Assembly: GCF_006345805.1 (NCBI RefSeq) | Contig: NW_021823722.1 | Location: forward strand, 1 to 21,671 | Source: Octopus sinensis | Lineage: Eukaryota | Direction: 5' to 3' | Length of the DNA: 21,671 bases | Part shown: positions 18,715 through 21,671 of the stretch, piece by piece | Numbering within the stretch: position 1 is the first letter of the stretch | Layout: every line of letters starts with the position of its first letter | The notes under the pieces: generated by a model | What the model was told of the DNA's origin: nothing | What the model saw: the letters and a program-made list of their open reading frames with translations, nothing else | Databases searched by the model: none | Translations under genes and position numbers: made by a program

Positions 18715-19462
18715 ATGTGAGATGTTTAAATAGAGGTAAATATTTGAGTTTGAAATAAGGAATTATTATGGAAAAGGAGGAGATAGGGAAATAAGAGAAT
18801 GAAAGTAGAAATAAAAATATAAAATATATCAAGATATTGTAGTTGTAGTTCCATTATTCAAGGAAAGTGGTGTATAGAAGTGGTAAAAAAGTTTCCTGTT
18901 CAGGGTATGTGAGTTCCAATAGTAGTTCATGGTTAGTCATTTCAAAGTATGGAGCCATGAATTCTGTGTTGCTCATTTGAAAGGGTCTTGTGGTGTGAAT
19001 GAAAAATTGAGAATTTATTGGTAGTATTTGTGGATTGATGGGGGGAAGAGATGTGTATGTTTAGAATGAGGAGATAGGTCAGAATGAAAGCAAGAAGCCA
19101 AAATGAGGGGAAAGAAAGAGAGAAAAAAGTAAAGAAAGGGTGAAAGAAGAGAGAGAAAAGGAGTGTTAGTTGGTGGGGAGAGGATGGAAGAAGAGTGGAG
19201 GGGGGATGGGAAGATGTGAGAAGGTAAGGAGTGAATAAGTGTGAGATGTGTGAGTAGAGGTGATATGATAGAGCTGCAGTAAGAAATGGGTTGAGAAAAG
19301 GTATGGGTGGGGTGTTACCAAAGTAAGTAGTAATTTTAGTGATAAATTTTAAAGTGGAGGGAAGAATACAAGGATGTCAAATTTCTATAAATAGATGTAT
19401 GTGATTGTATAGGGTGGTGTGATAGATAGGAAACAGAAAGGAGGAAAGAAGGTATAATGACA

Positions 19463-19690
19463 GAAACGAGCTGGCAGAAACGTTAGCACGCAGGGCGAAA
19501 TGCTTAACGGTATTTCGTCTGCGTTACGTTGTGAGTTCAAAATCCGCCGAAGTCGACTTTGCCTTTCATCCTTTCGGGGTCGATAAATTAAGTACCAGTT
19601 ACGCACTGGGATCAATGTAATCGACTTAATACCTATGTCTGTTCTTGTTTGTCCCCTCTGTGTTTAGCCCCTTGTGGGTAATAAAGAAAT
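19463..19690 (+). mobile_element. SINE inserted in copy 2, with a perfect 13-bp TSD
   Basis: GAGCTGGCAGAAACGTTAGC...GAGTTCAAAATCC (B-box-like)...GCCTTTCATCCTTTCGGGGTCGATAAATTAAGTACCAG. The last segment resembles a conserved Meta-type SINE central domain (recall, unverified). AGGTATAATGACA flanks it at 19450-19462 and 19691-19703. Confidence 0.9.
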
Positions 19691-20700
19691 AGGTATAATG
19701 ACATACGTACACGACTACACACGTACATATATATGTGCGAATATGCATACATATACACACACCATATATGCATATATATACACATGCATATACTTAACAC
19801 ATACATATGTATACATGCATGCTCATGCACATCCATAAATGTATTCATGCATGCACATACATATACACATACACGCACGCATACACACGTATACATATAT
19901 ACACATACATACAATATGTAGTATTAAAGTAAGATATGGGAGTTAAAAAATTAAAGATTAAAATTTAAAATTGAGATAAAGGAAAGTTAAGTAGTGTTGT
20001 TGGGGATTACCTAAGGGGTGTGGTGGATATATGCTGTGTGGTTATTTAGATTTGTGGTAAAATTTAAAGGTATGAAAAAAGCAGTGGTTGCATGTACTTA
20101 GGGCATCATGATATCTATTTAGTAGTGTTGAGGAGTTGTGTTTTAATATGTGGAATGCCTCTTTTAGGCATAACTTACAGGCTAAGTGTTGACCTTGGTA
20201 TGGAAGCACTGAATCTATTATGAACCTTGACATAATGTAGGGAATATCTCTATTTTTGAGATGAAGTATGTGACTGGTGAGTGTTGTGGATTTTCTGTGT
20301 TTCTTGTATCTAAAAGAATTGAGATGAGCAGCATATTTCTGTTTAAAATTTATGGTTGACCCTAGATATATAACTGTAGACTTGTATAATGTGTTGGGGA
20401 TGGTGCATTTAGAAATTACATTAGATCTTCTACAATAAGTTTGTGGAGGGCAGATGGACCCAGGACGGCAGTCACAAGTGGGTGTATTTTAGGGATTATT
20501 TTCAGGAATGGAGGAGGTAATACTGTCAGTGTGGGAGTTAGAGATGAAAGTAGAAAGGTATAAGTTATTACTAATATCATTATTATTGGTATCGTTGTTG
20601 TTAATTATTCTATCTCTAATGGTGGTGGTAGTGGTAGTATTCTGGATAATGTTAGTAGGATAGGTTGGGTTATGGTTGTGGTCTAAAGTATGTGGTTCAG

Positions 20701-20797
20701 TGTTTTCACTCAATAAACACTCTCAACACCCGGTCTAGGAATCGAAACCATGATCCCACGACCGTGAGTCCACTGCCCTAACCACTGGGCTGTTGCA
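20701..20797 (-). mobile_element. tRNA-derived SINE head of a third family
   Basis: The minus strand reads CAGCCCAGTGGTTAGGGCAGTGGACTCACGG...GGTTTCGATTCCTAGACCGGG, with A-box-like and B-box-like motifs. Confidence 0.78.
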
Positions 20798-20804
20798 TCT
20801 CCAT

Positions 20805-20828
20805 ACATACATACATACATACAGATAG

Positions 20829-20862
<34 letters not shown>

Positions 20863-20874
20863 ATATATATATAT

Positions 20875-20917
<43 letters not shown>

Positions 20918-21027
20918 ATACATACATATATATAATATATATATATATATATAATAGATACTATATATTATATATACATATATATATATAATATATTATA
21001 TTATATATATTAATATATATATATATA

Positions 21028-21058
<31 letters not shown>

Positions 21059-21109
21059 CTATATTATACATATATATATATTATATATGTATATAATAGA
21101 TATATCTAA

Positions 21110-21152
<43 letters not shown>

Positions 21153-21252
21153 TATACAACATATATATATATATATATAATATATATATATATTACATAC
21201 ATACATATTATAATATATATACATACATATATATATATATAATATATACATA

Positions 21253-21295
<43 letters not shown>
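20805..21295. repeat. Long (TA)n-rich microsatellite
   Basis: About 490 bp of almost pure TA/TAA/CATA runs. Confidence 0.97.
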
Positions 21296-21671
21296 ATTAA
21301 TTAATAATTTCTAGTGCAAGAGTGGACCACATAGTGACCACTCTCTTTATTATATATATATACTTATATATATAATAAATTAATAAATAAAGTATATGCA
21401 TACATACATATATGTACATACCTACATCTATATGGATATATACATGCATATATGAGTACAGAACACCACAAATAAACGTAGAACACAACGAGAAACCAAA
21501 ACATAAAACCAAACAAGGAAACAAACTTTTTTAACAACGAAAAAACAGAGTACAAGACAAACAACACAAGGAACATTCCCCTTCTTCAGCTGCCCCTGTT
21601 TCGACTCAATGCATGTTTCGAAGGTAAGGGCATATATATATATGTAATATATGTATATATATACATATATA

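Larger units (their letters stand above)
18585..20700 (-). mobile_element. RT-less Penelope-like derivative, copy 2
   Basis: The minus strand has an Asn/Thr-rich linker, TCDCRPGSICP...IYLGSTINFKQKYAAHLNSFRY...ACKLCLKEAF...STCNHCFFHTFKFYHKSK*, a pyrimidine-rich 3' region and a hammerhead remnant. It is collinear with 1240-3930. Confidence 0.85.

Noticed and set aside
875-20700. Copies 1 and 2 as terminal inverted repeats of one ~20-kb composite element
   Set aside because: The copies are visibly diverged, carry different nested insertions and share no outer boundary or TSD. Independent insertions are simpler.
21311-21344. Helitron-like 3' end (AGAGTGG/CCACTCT hairpin next to CTAG)
   Set aside because: The hairpin is only 4 nt from CTAG, the next base on that strand is A rather than T, and no 5' TC end or Rep/helicase is seen.
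21575-21632. Permuted (type II) hammerhead on the minus strand (GAAAC...CTGAAGA)
   Set aside because: Pairing GAAGG/CCTTC would consume core G8/A9, and no stem I or triplet could be assigned.

Overview
AT-rich, microsatellite-dense animal DNA made almost entirely of nested, decayed transposable elements. The SINE and LINE families look like those of an octopus (inferred from remembered repeat sequences, not searched). I find no intact host gene. Contents: several Penelope-like (PLE) fragments (RT at 1-620; GIY-YIG endonucleases at 1441-2405, 11772-12340, 12624-13347 and 20042-20480); RTE LINE pieces (5920-6624, 9640-11771, and 14958-15845 with three C2H2 fingers); two tandem CR1-type RT fragments (16405-18000); a SAP/SWIM DNA-transposon remnant; and many tRNA-derived SINEs. 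The main signal is a set of type I hammerhead ribozyme (HHR) motifs from four unrelated sequence families. One has a complete core (14551-14588). A pair with a ~60-nt insert in stem II sits in an 820-bp foldback (4423-4523 and 5071-5175). One ends each copy of an RT-less, endonuclease-only PLE derivative (3815-3862 and 18666-18714). One is a decayed motif in a tRNA-headed element inserted as a head-to-head dimer (1702-2204). Three separate insertions share the same 5'-to-5' inverted geometry. All motifs were read by eye; none was folded computationally or tested.
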